A stretch of 57,268 nt of DNA, the filler included, from Dugesia japonica (lineage: Eukaryota), in NCBI GenBank assembly GCA_001938525.1. It is 6 parts of 6 records of this genome, joined end to end, with 100 filler letters (N's around TTAATTAATTAA, not from the genome) between each part and the next. Parts side by side here need not be neighbours in the genome. Positions count along the whole stretch, not along the records: positions 8,973 to 17,393 come from MQRL01490433.1; positions 17,494 to 26,615 come from MQRL01630921.1; 4 more parts are not named here. One strand, 5' to 3'. Below the pieces are notes generated by a model. That model worked only from the letters and a program-made list of their open reading frames with translations, searched no databases and was not told the origin of the DNA. Shown here piece by piece: positions 12,245 to 25,917 of the stretch. Each line of letters begins with the position of its first letter. Position 1 is the stretch's first letter. Both the position numbers and the translations under genes were made by a program.

Positions 12245-12479
12245 ATGTTGAGAGTGTCTGAATTTGTTTTATGTTCTTCAGTTGCGGTAATGTTAATAAA
12301 TTTAAAGTGATATGTACGTTATGATATAAGATTGATGGTGATCCACAAAGGCGGTATGTGTTAAATAGTTAATGAGCAAAATGTTAAAATTGTTAATTTT
12401 CTTTCTTATTTAGTTACAAAATAAATTATTTTTAATTATTGCAAAATGTTTTTAAAGATTTATTATTCAATTAATTATA

Positions 12480-12803
12480 GTGTCTATAAACAGCGAGGAA
12501 GTAGTAGGGAACAAAGATTTAGCCGCCGAAAAGTAAAGATAGACCGAAGAGCATCCCTACCTGCGAAACGAGATCTTAACGCTGAAGGGACAAGTTATGA
12601 AGGCAGCGAGAAAATTCAATCAACTGATAGAAAAGGAGTTGTCTCTCCAGCACGCAAATCGGCTCATGGCAGAAATCATCAAGACATACGNCGACAGCAA
12701 GAGCTCGATGTTCACCAGATTAAGAATCTTGTGGCTGAATTATCGACCGGTACCAGATTATCTGAATGGAGGCAGTAACACCGTGGATTTAAATGCAGAA
12801 TAA
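12480..12803 (+). pseudogene. Unknown coiled-coil-like ORF remnant
   Basis: ...LRNEILTLKGQVMKAARKFNQLIEKELSLQHANRLMAEIIKTY... with upstream stops. GC-richer. No family recognised. Confidence 0.3.
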
Positions 12804-14474
12804 ATTACTGATGTACATATGAATAAACGTTAGTGTTGTCATGGACTTGTTTTGAGTTACGACCGTGTTTACCATAATGAAATCAGCGTTTCACAAATTG
12901 AATTTTTTTTTAACTGAGCAAATACAAGAGAGATTGCTTTCGGAGTTCATATATTCAGTAAATAAGACGCGATACCACAAAATCGCGCTGAACCCGTGGA
13001 AGAGGGGCATGTCACAGAGGTGACACCAATGCTTGTGGTTTTTAGGTATGCCCCTAGACATGACAATGAAGTATTAAATATGAAAGCAAGTTCAGAGAGA
13101 TTAGAGACAAATTAAAACATAAAAAATCCTAAAAGCCCAACAATACTAATCCATTAAAAAAAATCAAAGTGCAGTTATTTGAAACACATTGTATTAAAAA
13201 ATTAAAATATCTTTCTCTAAACGTGATAATCATTTTAGAAGTTTATGAAGAATTTTTTAAATTCAAACCAATCTAATATATTTGTCGATAATTAAAATTT
13301 ATCAAAATAAAAAAGGTTCACTTTGCAAAAAGGTTAAGCAACACTGGTACACTCAAGTTTTCAATAAAATAATTATTTTAATTAATTAATTGAATCTAAG
13401 TGTTAAAAGTTGAAATATTAACTGGTCAGGAATAAAATGATTTTTATAACTTTTTTGGAATACTTTGCGATTCCGTTTTTCGCAAGGCTAGCGTAAGTAA
13501 TTAGACAAGTTTACTTTAATGACAAAAATTTAACTCGATCTATAACTAAAATTTCTTGGAAAATTTAGTTGCTTAGTAGCACCAATGATTAATGTAAATT
13601 AAAATCATTTTCAAAACCTGAAAAGAAATCTGATTGAAAAATAAATCAAAAGGAGAATTTAATATTATTTCTCGAAAAAAAGATTGTAAAGAAATTATGT
13701 ACCAACAATTTATTATGTGAAAATGATACGCTACGGTGAAATCAATAAATCCAAGTCGATAATTTGAGTAAATATTAAATTAATTGAACAATTTCAAAAT
13801 ATATCATAATATCCCAATAGATAACCAATAAATATATTCACATTTAGACAAAAATAACCAACTAGACACCGTGCATTAGTATTAGTAATTAATAATAATT
13901 CTGGTTGAGATCAAATGAGAGAGAGAGAGAGAGGTACGTCTAACAAACTATCATCGATTCAAATTTATAAAATTCATTCATCATCACCCCAATACACCAA
14001 ATCGATCTATATAGTACATGCGCTCATCATTTGGAAATCAATTCCAACGATCAACTAAAATCTTCCATAACAATAATAATGTTAAAAACAACAACAAAAA
14101 TAAATCATCATCAACAGTATCATCATTATCAACCATTTCCGAAATACATTTCAATAAATATTCAGTAAAGTATCTAAAAATCAATACAATACACCTAAAT
14201 AGAAGGAATAGAAAAAATCAAATCAATTGCAATATTAAGAGAAAGAAGTCAAGAGAAAAATATTGAATGAATAAAATGTCGAACCAAATCATTATTTTAA
14301 AATTAACAGTGACAAAAGCAACCATAATTGTTGCGCAAGTCTCATTATATAAACTTACTACTGAAATTTACAAAAACTTGATTTGTCTATCACAGTAGAC
14401 ACGCGCATATGGTAAACTATCGAGATCAAACTGAAATTTTGATTAATTAAATAAAAAATTCCAAGAAATTTACA

Positions 14475-14800
14475 TAATCAATAATAACAATAATGATCGA
14501 TAATAATAGTGATCGATAATAATAATGATTGATAATAATGATAATCGATAATAATAATGATTGATAATAATAATGATTGATAATAATAATGATTGATAAT
14601 AATAATAATGGATAATAATAATAATGGATAATAATAATAATCGATAATAATATTTGATAATTATAATAATCGATAATAATAATAATCAATCATAATGATA
14701 ATTAATCATAATAATAATCGATAATAATAATCAATCGTAATAATAATCAATCATAATAATAATCAATCATAATAATAATCGATAATAATAATTAATAATG
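14475..14800. repeat. (AAT)n/ATCGATAATAAT microsatellite, probably in the calcineurin 3' UTR
   Basis: Directly visible low-complexity repeat downstream of the calcineurin stop on the minus strand. Confidence 0.85.
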
Positions 14801-15159
14801 AAAATAGATAATTATTTATAATCTAACAACGGATTCAAATTAAAGAAATGTTATGACATAAATATTGATAAACGGACAACACAATCATCATCTAAAAGAT
14901 ATTATCATTATAATTATAATTATCATTATATTAGTTGTTATGGCATAGATTGAGAAAAAATAAATCAACAGCATCAGATCAACTGATCATAGTCAAATGT
15001 GTGATAGTTTCGTTTTTGTTAAATTAAGGTTTAGAAATAATAATTATAATAATAATAAGAAGAAGAATAAGAAGAATAAGAATAAGAATAGTGATGATAC
15101 TATCGTATCTTGGTTCAGATACCAATAATAATTATATCGATAATAAGCACATTAAATCA

Positions 15160-15598
15160 CTATGCCACATGCGATGATGATGATGCAGATGATTCAACAG
15201 CATTAATTGGAGACGCTTGGTAAATGCTGTCTGCACCAGCACTCGATTGAGCGATTGAAGGTGAAGCTGCTAAAAGGATATATTTTATTTTCACTTAATT
15301 TTCAAATAAAAATTACTTGAATTACCTATTAATTTACTGTTTACGGGATAGCTAGGTCTACGCGGTGGCATTCGTTCGTTAACTTGGTCAAGAACCTTTG
15401 CTTCCTCAAATGACTGAATTGGATGATGTGGGGAAACTCCAGTCATTGCTAAATTAATATCAAATGACAAAATGCAATATCAAATTACAATATGAATTAC
15501 CTCCGTGAATAGAATCTTTACCACCTGTCAACAGTCCCATTGGTAGCATTCCATTTGGAGTGAGTCCTTTTAATTCAAGTAATGATTCACTCTCTTCT
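15160..15598 (-). CDS. PPP3CA: Calcineurin A (PP2B catalytic subunit), last three exons: 15501-15598, 15326-15448, 15160-15269
   Basis: Spliced product is [32 protein letters not shown]|[25 protein letters not shown]..|..HVA*. It matches the calcineurin A segment after the CaM-binding helix plus the autoinhibitory SFEEAK.LD..NERMPPR motif. Introns are GT-AG and phase-compatible. The paralogue cannot be assigned. Confidence 0.93.
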
Positions 15599-16109
15599 CT
15601 AGAAAACAAAATTAAAAGAAAACTTATTTTTAAAGTAGTTTATCATTCATTCATCTGTTAGATATTTGTTCTATAAAAACATTATATAACGGGGTTAGAG
15701 TTTTGTAAAACAACAAAGGAATATTTTAGTTCTTTTTTGTCGTGTTATACAAACTTTTATCTTTTATAATATTCTAAATTTATAACTTCTAAAGGATTAT
15801 CAATATAATTTTTTTCCAATATCAAATATCTAACAATTTTGCAATATTCATTTTATATGCGCCATCTACCATAACCATATAATTGTAGAAATTGTTCCTG
15901 GATTATTTATACATTTGACATTTGTACTTTCTAGTCTAAGTCGCATATAANGGTAATGGAAATATCTGTTTCAGAAAGTAATTGGATTTGTTACAGATAT
16001 TTCTATTCCACAATAAAGATTGGCATTACACATATAAAGTGAGTTATTTGAATGTAGCTATTGACAAATAATATCATCAACTATAATCAAATCACTGATT
16101 ATTCTATCT

Positions 16110-16298
16110 TATAAGGAAATAATTATTAATTAATAATTTCAGCCAATAGAAAGCGATTAAATTGAATAATAATATTTAATTCATTTTAATCCCTTTTAGT
16201 TATCTAATCAGTTAGTGTTGCAGTAGCGAAATAAATGATGTCTAAAAATATTAGTTGTGATTTGGAAAAAAAATTATGAATTGAAGATTTACCTAATA
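16110..16298 (+). mobile_element. Solo LTR of the tRNA-Leu-primed Gypsy family
   Basis: tataaggaaat..atttcagccaatagaaa..gaagatttacctaata matches the LTR at 47123-47302. Flanks tatct/tacct form a degenerate 5-bp TSD. Confidence 0.7.
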
Positions 16299-17393
16299 TA
16301 CCTGATGAGAAATTTCAAACATACTATTTTTAAATATTTCATGTTTAAATTGTAAATTATCACACAGATCTAGTTTTTTCAATAATTTAACCATCATTAT
16401 TTTACATATTTCTGCATATTTACTTGAAAATTGGGTATAAGATACTAGTGATCCATGCTATTAAAATATGAGTCAAAGTAGTTGNNNNNNNNNNNNNNNN
16501 NNNNNTTATTATTATTTGCAAGACATTGAAAAATCATTATTGAAATAATATAAAACTTATACGTTTGTTATAACAAAACGAAAAATATTAATGAGTAATT
16601 GATGGAATATTAAATCAAGTCAATTAAATTTAATGTATTATCTGTTTCGAGACTATGTCATTTGAGAAATGCATACTGTTTATTTTTATTCCACTGAGAA
16701 ATATTTTATGAAAATGAAAGTAATAAATTAATATTTCAATTACCTTTTGAATCATATTGAATATAATAAAGTTATTACAAAATGAATATAGCAAGTATTG
16801 GATTTTATTATATTACGAAAAATGAAATTAACGGAAAATTTAATCCAAAAACAAATCCAATAATCGTCAAATTTAAAATCTGTTCTTATCACATTAGGTT
16901 AACAAAATTATTAAATTATATTATGTTTCCAATAGAAAAATTTTGATTAGGGAACAAGATTTCATTTAATAGAACTTGAATCAGAATCACATAACTGATC
17001 TAATAAATTTAAATAGAAATAAACTTCTACAATTTATTGGACTAAAAATAGAAAAAAATATTTCATTGAAAAAAATTAAAGAAAATCATAAAAGAAGAAT
17101 TGTGGAAAAGTTAATTTGGATACATCTAGAATGTATCGTAATTAATTCAACAATAATGATATTTCTTCAAACTATATATATTTCTTATTATTATTATCAT
17201 CATCCATTTTTAAATGAATAAAATGAAAAAACAATGTCAATAAATGGTTATAAATAAAGATTATTTTCCCGAGATCATTATGATTTACAAAATATCAATT
17301 TATGACTATCAATATGCTAATTATAATCAAATATTGTTTCAATATTCGCATATTAGGCATTAAAATTGGTTTTTAAAAATATTTTTATGATAA

Positions 17394-17493
17394 NNNNNNN
17401 NNNNNNNNNNNNNNNNNNNNNNNNNNNNNNNNNNNNNTTAATTAATTAANNNNNNNNNNNNNNNNNNNNNNNNNNNNNNNNNNNNNNNNNNNN
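17394..17493. other. Artificial scaffold linker
   Basis: N44-TTAATTAATTAA-N44. Confidence 0.95.
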
Positions 17494-17752
17494 TAAAAGG
17501 CTCAAGTTGAAACTTCTCGATCAACTTCGTAACTTGTTCACAAATGTTATGTCCAATGGGAGTTGATGACAATAATCATTTACAAAATTTTTTCGGCTGT
17601 TTCAAAATTGTCAGTAACTCCTCGTACAAACACAACTAATTATACAGGGTCACTTACATATGTGCTTTCATCAAGAGCCAAACTATAAGTCGCACACTTA
17701 TTTATCTGCTCTTTTAACGTCTCTAGAATATTTTCTGCAAGTTGACTGATAC
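17494..17752 (-). mobile_element. hAT (Charlie/GTF2IRD2-like) transposase fragment
   Basis: ISQLAENILETLKEQINKCATYSLALDESTYVSDPV*LVVFVRGV carries the YSLALDEST motif, with stops. Confidence 0.85.
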
Positions 17753-18065
17753 CCCAACATTTTAAACATAAAATAACATTGATATTTTGTATGTATTTGA
17801 GGATCCATCATGTTCTCAATTTTTAAGAATTTTACAAAATACTTGAATTTTTATTCAAGCATTCATTTTTTTAAAAAATTGAAATTTTAAATTTACAAAT
17901 TTCACATTCGACATGCTTTAACAATTTTTATTTAACATTATTTCATAAATTAATTTTTTTATTGAAAAAATTAATAAATAAATTTAAAAATTAAAAATCA
18001 TAGCCATCTTTTATTCAGTAATTTTTGTTTAAATAATATAGACTGAATAAACTCATTTTTCATTT

Positions 18066-18106
18066 TTGTCTGATGATGACGGTTGATCTGTCGAAATATA
18101 TAACAA
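18066..18106 (+). ncRNA. Minimal type-I hammerhead ribozyme, family B (best-formed copy)
   Basis: ttgt-CTGATGA-t-gacgg-ttgat-ctgtc-GAA-atatat-A-acaa gives a 4-bp helix I, a 5-bp helix II, a palindromic helix III and an AUA cleavage triplet. Confidence 0.75.
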
Positions 18107-18438
18107 TAAAGTTTTATTTTAAACGGCATCATTTATTTTGTAATAATAATAATAAATAATTTTACATTTAATTTTTTTACCTCACTTTGTCAACAAAAGT
18201 CAAACTTTCAGTGAACACTCTTATAAAGTTATGTCAACAAAATGTTTATCCCCCTCGTGACGNNNNNNNNNNNNNNNNNNNNNNNNNNNNNNNNNNATCT
18301 TGAAATAATTGTTGGCCTCAATTTATCTTGGAAACCCTCCTCTCCCTTGTCAATAATTGTAAAACGGCCCCGACTCATAATTACTGATTATATATTAGCA
18401 TGAAGTTAAGAAAATCAAAGAACTAAATAATTTCTTAC

Positions 18439-18776
18439 TTATAATGCATGCACTTAAAAACAAAATAAGAAAAACTCTATCCATTACAACTGCAACGAAT
18501 TTCCATTCTTCCTGAACCTAGCTCAATATAATCATTATTACTCTTTGTTCATTATATTATGTTTACTTTATTTTTGTAACCTTCATCTTTCAAATTGTCA
18601 ACAACATATTTTAAATCTGAAATAGTTCGATTAATTTTTTCTTCGATTTCCGAATTTCTTGGAGTTGAACTTCGTGTTGATATTCTCCTTGTAAATGTCT
18701 CATAGATGAATTTAGATGACGAAGTTTCTTTAAACAAAGATGGATTGGAATACATATAACATCTTTCAGCCATTTC
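18439..18776 (-). CDS. Nicotinic acetylcholine receptor (Cys-loop) subunit, MA helix/M4 exons 18567-18776 and 18439-18517
   Basis: ...ISDLKYVVDNLKDEGYKNK|VQEEWKFVAVVMDRVFLILFLSACII carries the EW.FVA.V.DR.FL motif across a 49-nt phase-0 intron. Confidence 0.9.
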
Positions 18777-19094
18777 CTAGATAAAACACATAAATAGAAT
18801 AGAAGGTAATTTATTTATCTAAATATTTAATTTTCTATTTTTTTTTACTTAATTATTACAAGTTTATCTAAAATGAATTATAGGCATGTGTTTCATCAAT
18901 CGATTGCGAGTTATGATTGTTGATTATTTATTATAATTTAAAATTGATCTGAGTACAAACAAAATTATATGTTTATTAACATTAATTAATTTAATCTATA
19001 TTATAATCATATAAATATTGGTATAAGGATAAACATAGATCAAATAAAAAGAGAAACCAATTAAAAGTAGTAGTAATAGGAAATAGAAATAATA

Positions 19095-19306
19095 AATAGA
19101 AATGTAAAATATACTAGAAATATAATTACATATCATGTAAATTTTAGTAAATTCTCAAACAAATATGGTCTATGAAAATTTAGATAGTAATTTAAAGTTA
19201 AAAATTTAAATTACTATCTAAATTTTCATAGACCATATTTATTTGAGAATTTACTAAAATTTACATGATATGTAATTATATTTCTAGTATATTTTACATT
19301 TCTATT
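19095..19306. repeat. Near-perfect palindrome (about 102-bp arms, 8-nt loop)
   Basis: Arms 19095-19196 and 19205-19306 are reverse complements, with one mismatch seen. Confidence 0.9.
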
Positions 19307-19361
19307 AATATCAATAGAAAACCTAAATACAGCATATTAAAATGTCAATAGAAATCTCAAA

Positions 19362-19413
19362 AACAATCAATGGTTACGTCCAACAATTATTCTCGCAATA
19401 ATTGTAATTGTAA
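19362..19413 (+). repeat. Family-A PLE-terminal fragment
   Basis: aacaatcaatggttacgtccaacaattattctcgcaataattgtaattgtaaa matches 55306-55359. Confidence 0.75.
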
Positions 19414-20239
19414 AGCATATTAAAAGGTGAAATTTTATATGAACTTTAAATATTTCAGTTGATAATACAGGGGTGCTAACGATTTAGATGACGAGAAAAA
19501 TAATATTTAAATGAATATTAAATAATGAAAGAATTGAGATTAATTATTATTATTATAAAAATTAATAAAAGTTAGAAAATACATAAGTAAAATTAAGTTA
19601 TTAGCAAAGTAACTTAATACACTAAAATAATAACATTAAATAAGTATTGTCGGGCTAAAATTTTATCGAAGAAAAAACGATATATAATAATAAATATATA
19701 ATATAATTTCAAATGATGCCAAATCATTCTAATAAATAAAATTATGTAAAATACATGCTAAGAAAATTTTGAGAGATTAAATTCAAATTAAATAATTAAT
19801 TAAAATACATAAACCTTGCCAATAAAGTAAATGAGAATTGTTATAATATTTTATGAACTTGATCCCAAAACTTTTCTTGTTAATGAAATATAAAAAGTTG
19901 ATGTGCGACCAATAGAAAATCAGTATGGCTAAAAAATTTTATAAATAGTGTGAGGAATGATATTTGAATTGTTTGATTTCCAATTTTTTGCGCAATTAAA
20001 GTTTTAAAAATTTAAAATATTTCAAATAATTAAAATAATTATTGCCTATATTTGTTTGAATATTAAAACTATTCTAATCCAGTTTTTCAATTTATATAAA
20101 AATTTGTTTTAAATAAATGTTTGATGATGATAGCGTTTTTCTTGCTAATAAATAGAATTGAGAGTAAGAATCGTGTAAAAAACATTTTATTTGTTGATGC
20201 CTTCTGTGGATTTTTTCTGAGTAATTGAATAGTAGTTGT

Positions 20240-20848
20240 GCATAAAAGAGTATAAAAATGAGTTATATTATTGTAAATATTTTCTGTTTTTACCGAACAA
20301 ATTTATAAAATTGAAGCACGAAAATAGTGTCCAAAGCCAAATATTCACCGAAAAAGTTAATTGTATCTGTTTGATGGTCCACTGCTAGTATTATCCGTAA
20401 CAACTTTTAGAAACCTGGTCAATTCATTGCAACAGATGTATACTGCAACCAATTGGATGACATGAGGAAATTGCTTGCGATTAAGCAGTCGAAAAAGATC
20501 GATAGAGATAAACCAATTATCTTGCAAAACAGTTGCTCAAACTGCATGGTTTGGAATTGGAAACCCTACATCACCAACCGTATTCGCTAAATCGAGCTCC
20601 AACGGCATATTATTATGTGAAAGTATTAGACAACGGCTTGGTGGGAATATTATTCGAATATTATTATAATCTAAAGTCTGCCAAAAACGCTTTTCGTTAT
20701 TTTATCGCCAATTTTCTTCGTTGCTGGAAAAAGCAAATTGCCATTAATTTTTATGCATATTACTAATAAATTAATTGCCTTTTGGTTGTTATATAATAAT
20801 CCAAAATTTCGATTAAAAATCTTACATTTCATGCTTAATATCTTATAT
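20240..20848 (+). mobile_element. Decayed mariner transposase remnant
   Basis: HHQPYSLNRAPTAYYY (HPPYSPDLAP.DY motif) and an upstream YCNQLD segment, with many frameshifts. Confidence 0.7.
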
Positions 20849-22514
20849 AATATATAATCCTACGAAATTTTTGCAGTATTACAATTACTACAATCTTGAT
20901 GATAGCGGTTGGTTATTAGTCTTATTATCATATTGTTCTTTTTAGTAACGTTATTCACAAACCTAAATATACTATTTAATTCCATTTTTTTATTGTGCAT
21001 CCCTCACTTGACAAGATTAACCGTGATTACTTTATAATTTATATTTTTTTATCAATACATATGGTTTCTGGTTTGATGTTTCAATGCTCATTCTCGTTTT
21101 CTCGGAATTACCTTTCGTGATCACAGTCTGTTTTTCTTTTTTTCCCAAGATTATTTTTAATAGTTACCTAAACTGCAAATACACTTTTCTATTTTAATTA
21201 AATACATTATTTTTTTATTAAATGCAGTGTTAATCTTAGCAATCATTTGTGTTATCAGCAAAATTCTATCAAACTTTTATTCTGTTGTGATGTAAAATTA
21301 TAAATAAATTTTACAGATTTTTTAACATTCTAATTAAAAATTTACCATTAATTAAACGTAAATATTCTCAAATGTACTTTCATTTAATTTAAATATTGAG
21401 AACCTATTTGATAACAAAAACTAAGAGAAAGTAAATTAAAATGCATTCTTACAAAACCATAATACAGGGTCCTGGTTATGTATATTAACATACTTAGATT
21501 TTAAATATTTAAATAAACAACAGAGATAAAAAGCCAGTCATAATTGAATTTTGAAGAACATAATTTTTCCTCCAAAGAAAGCTCAAAAGCGATTGTGTTT
21601 TAAAAATAACTAAATTAATTATTATATAATTAATCCATACAAACAAATAACCAATATTTAATTCTAATCACTTGTAATTTGAAATAAGCAATGTTAACAT
21701 ACATATTAAACATCTTGAAGAACAAAATTATACATCATATAAAGATGATTGCTTTTATAAAATAGAATAATCAACGATTGAAGTAAAATTTGTAAAGATG
21801 AAAAATTATTTAGTAAAAAACATTTAATATTAAAAAGTAATTACGCATCTTTTAGTTGGTTATCCTTTTATCAAACTTCATAATTTAATAACTATCTATT
21901 GCTGATATTCTAAATATTTCTGACATGAAAATACACAAACACATTTTTTTATTAATATATAATTAGTATTCAAGTCGGAGGGTTGTGGAATGCGTTTACA
22001 AATCTGTACTTTATAATTGATTACAACAAAAATTAGATTTAAAAATCGGGTAATTTATGTTTACTACTGACGAATATATTATTTTTGATTTTGCTGTAAA
22101 TTACTAATCGACATTTTCTTTATACTGTCACAATTTGTAGATTTACAAATATTGATATTTACAAATAATGAAATAAATTCGGATGTATCAACATTATATC
22201 AGTGATTAATTTTTAAAAAAAGATTTATTTATAATGAATAAAGGTTTTAATTAATTATTTTATAGATAAATCATAAGTTTTATTTCTATTAAGACTCTGT
22301 GATCATCATACTTCTTGAATCTATAAAATATATATTAAAAATAAAAAGATAAAGATTTAATTTTGTTATTTAAACAAATAAATAAATAAACTGAACAAAT
22401 TGAGATTCAACTTTAATTTTGAAAATTTTTTATTAGAAATTTAGGGTGGCTAAATAAAAGGGTCGTTTTATATCACAAACTAAATTTATTATAAAAAGAA
22501 CGACAGTTCCATTC

Positions 22515-22800
22515 GAAAGATTTTCTCCATTATTATTAATTACTCTGCCATTGTTGACGCTAAGTATGGATGCCTTTCCAATAAATTTCTTCTTGATGTC
22601 GATCAAAGAACTGAGACACCCATACTTTGACTTCATCGTTTTTGAATTTGTTTTATCGGCTATAGAGTGCTACATTGGTCGGAATAAGTAATAAGCCGAT
22701 GGAGCAAGGTCTGAACTATAAGAAGAATAAGGCAAAATTATCCGGCTCAACTCCTTGATTTTTTATTGGGTAATCTTTGCAATGTGCATCATCATTGATA
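22515..22800 (-). mobile_element. Mariner 3' remnant
   Basis: LPYSSYSSDLAPSAYYLFR...INNNGE. Confidence 0.7.
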
Positions 22801-23139
22801 AATTTTATTTTGAATGCATCTACATTTTGATGTCATGAAATTTGGTTTACATGGCTGGGTTTTTCTGTGTATAACTCTGAATTAATAGTACAACTCACAT
22901 CCAGATACTCGAAGTATACAGACCTTTCATATTCCATTATACTCAAATCATAAACTTCTTTCTTTGAATATATTTTGGTTGTTGTTATGATGTTCTTAAA
23001 AACATGATTGTAAAGAAGGTACAACCAAACGAAACCGACAAATAATTAGATTTATTGAAATAAATATTAATTTGAAAGTATTTTTTGTTTTTACTTTAAA
23101 TATTTTTATTAATTATTGAAAATTTAATGTTGTTATTTC

Positions 23140-23617
23140 TCAGGGGAGACTCCAAAACGTATGTACTTGTTTTTCAATATAACTTTCAAAGGTGATCTAG
23201 TGCGCCACCTTCTATCTACTATTTGGATTTGGTTTTGGTTGTTCACCAATGTTCAACCGCTGTCATTTCTTTGTAGTATTATTGTAACAGATCCATTTGT
23301 CATTCTTACGACACTTTTCTTAACTTTACGAAGAATTCCGGCATTAGTAACCTGCGACATCTTGATATGGTTGCTGAATTCATCTGGGACCCATTTCCGC
23401 TCTGATTTACTTTTCAAATTGTACGCCATTGGTTTTTAACGATCCCGTGAAGGCAAATTTTTCTACAAAGTCTCATGTAGTTTGGCACGGATTCGACTCT
23501 ATATCTTCCTTTATTGCGTTATTCCTTTATTCCAAAACTAGTAGATACCGTTGATGTTTGTCACCTTCAAAACTTCAATCATCATCTCAGAAACACTGGA
23601 ACCATCGCCAACATTAA
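23140..23617 (-). mobile_element. Mariner remnant (N-terminal/WVP region)
   Basis: ...RKWVPDEF... motif in a decayed frame, with a TIR-like end near 23140-23220. Confidence 0.5.
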
Positions 23618-24319
23618 NNNNNNNNNNNNNNNNNNNNNNNNNNNNNNNNNNNNNNNNNNNNNNNNNNNNNNNNNNNNNNNNNNNNNNNNNNNNNNNNNNN
23701 NNNNNNNNNNNNNNNNNNNNNNNNNNNNNNNNNNNNNNNNNNNNNNNNNNNNNNNNNNNNNNNNNNNNNNNNNNNNNNNNNNNNNNNNNNNNNNNNNNNN
23801 NNNNNNNNNNNNNNTTATATATTAATAAACCTTTTATAGAAAAAAATAAGGCGGCAACGGTTGGTGGCTTAATACTTTGAAATGAACTTCATTATAATTT
23901 TTGATTAATTATTCGTTTTAAATTTTAAACTTCATTTATCTTATTATTCTCAAAAAATATTTTCTATATTTAAATCCTAGTAATTCCATTTATTTTTAAT
24001 TTCATCTCACTATTGTCTCACTATTTCATTTTCTCATCATTGCTTATTTTACCTCCTATTATTAAATGTAAATAATTTAGTCAATTTAATTGAATAAACA
24101 ACAGATATTCAGTTTATTGATATTAATGGAAATGATAAGTTATAAAGTAGATCAAAGACCCAATATTTGATAAAAACTTTATTTGCAAACAAACATTTGC
24201 AATATCAAGCTGCTTGAATCATTGTAAAATTATAAATGTGGATAAAAGCATGCCTATAGGACAAAAACGCAAAAGTAGTCAGTCTGTCTTGACTAAATAA
24301 GATCTACATTACCAATTTC

Positions 24320-25340
24320 CGATAACCTTTCAAAAACTGGTACAACTTTACAATCATTTAAAAACTTCACCATCATCCAGGTTTTTTTCTGATCATCATA
24401 TTCAACCGAAGACCTTTGATATTTTTAAAGCATCTGAAGTTCTTTGATCTCCCAATGACAAGCAATGTTTGCTAAAGATATGTCAGCAGAAAGTTTTTCC
24501 CTATAAATTTCAAGTTCGCTGACACCATGTCATCCTTGAAATTTTTCATGCCAGCCCAAACTTGCTTTGAAAGATGGATCTTCATTTAACTGTGTATTGA
24601 AAAATATTGCTTTTTCATGCAATAATAGGGCAGATATTGGCTGTTCAGTTGATCGTCTTTGTATGAACCACATAAAAATACGCTCTTTAACTTCTTTATT
24701 TCCTGTTTTTTTGTAACTTTCCGCTGAGCTTCCTCTTCTGATATTAAACAATTAGTAAACTTCATAATATTTTCACCTTGTGTTTCATATCAGAGATAAT
24801 TGATGTTGCGACAACATATTTATTACATAGATATCGTCCCGGGTCATCGCGTTTCAAAGCCGCGATTATATCCAATTTATCTTTTAATGCTAATACATAT
24901 ATACATATTATATCGCTTTTTAACGAAAAACATTGTAATTAGAGAATTAAAATAAAAGTTCTATTATCCGGATCTCAATTATCTGGATTGTTCAAAATAA
25001 AACAAAAAATAATGAATTTATGACATGTTTTCTTTTTGATGACATATCGATAATATTAAAATGAAATATTTAAATTGTGAAGATAATTTTCAAGAAACAA
25101 ACGTTTAATGCGTATTGAATTCAAAAGACTACTACTACCTATACCTTTTACATAAGATGCATGACTCAAACGAACAAAAATGTATTATGCAATTCATCAT
25201 GTACATGAGCAAAAGTGGACACAAGTTCATAATTTATTGTTTTATTTTGAACAATCCGGATAATCACGGATAATAGAGGTTTTATTGTAATTCTTTAATT
25301 ACAATGTTTTTTCGTAAAAAAGCGATATATGTATATATTG
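24320..25340 (-). mobile_element. Pogo/Tigger (Jerky-like) transposase remnant with an inverted-repeat block at its 5' end
   Basis: VLALKDKLDII and IFMWFIQRRS..PISALLLHEKA..FKASLGW.EKF (CENP-B HTH). About 24895-25030 is inversely repeated at about 25205-25340. Confidence 0.8.
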
Positions 25341-25882
25341 CAAATTATTAATATAGATTATTATCGTTGTTAACAATTTAATAGCTTAATCTCTATTAGA
25401 AAAGTTGATTATTATATTTAAAAAGTTTCAGCTATTTCATCAGGAATTGGAATGCTTAAAAATTTATAAGCTTAAATTTTATAATGCTTAATATTTATAA
25501 GTTTAAATTTAAATGCTTTAAATATTTTGTTTAACTGAAACTTTACAGCCATACAAACACACATTGCAAAATTTGTATATTGTTTCTGTAGAAAAATAAT
25601 AGAGCATATGGTTAGTAATTTTGTAATTTAATTATCTATTTTGTAAATTTTGTAATTGATAAATTGTACTTCTTTTTATAATATTTATTTAATTGTAAAA
25701 TTTTTACTTGTAGCATTTGATAATAAATGTTGCATAATAAATTTTGATAATTAATTTTCTTAGTTATGCTTAATGAAGATTAAGTAAACTCAGAGGTATG
25801 CATGCCTCTCAATTATTATCACTATTAATATTACTATTCTTATTAATAATAATAATATTATTAATATTAATAATATTATTAC

Positions 25883-25917
<35 letters not shown>

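Noticed and set aside
14447-14689. Poly-Ile/Asn ORFs (also 25798-26268)
   Set aside because: Translations of (AAT)n microsatellites.
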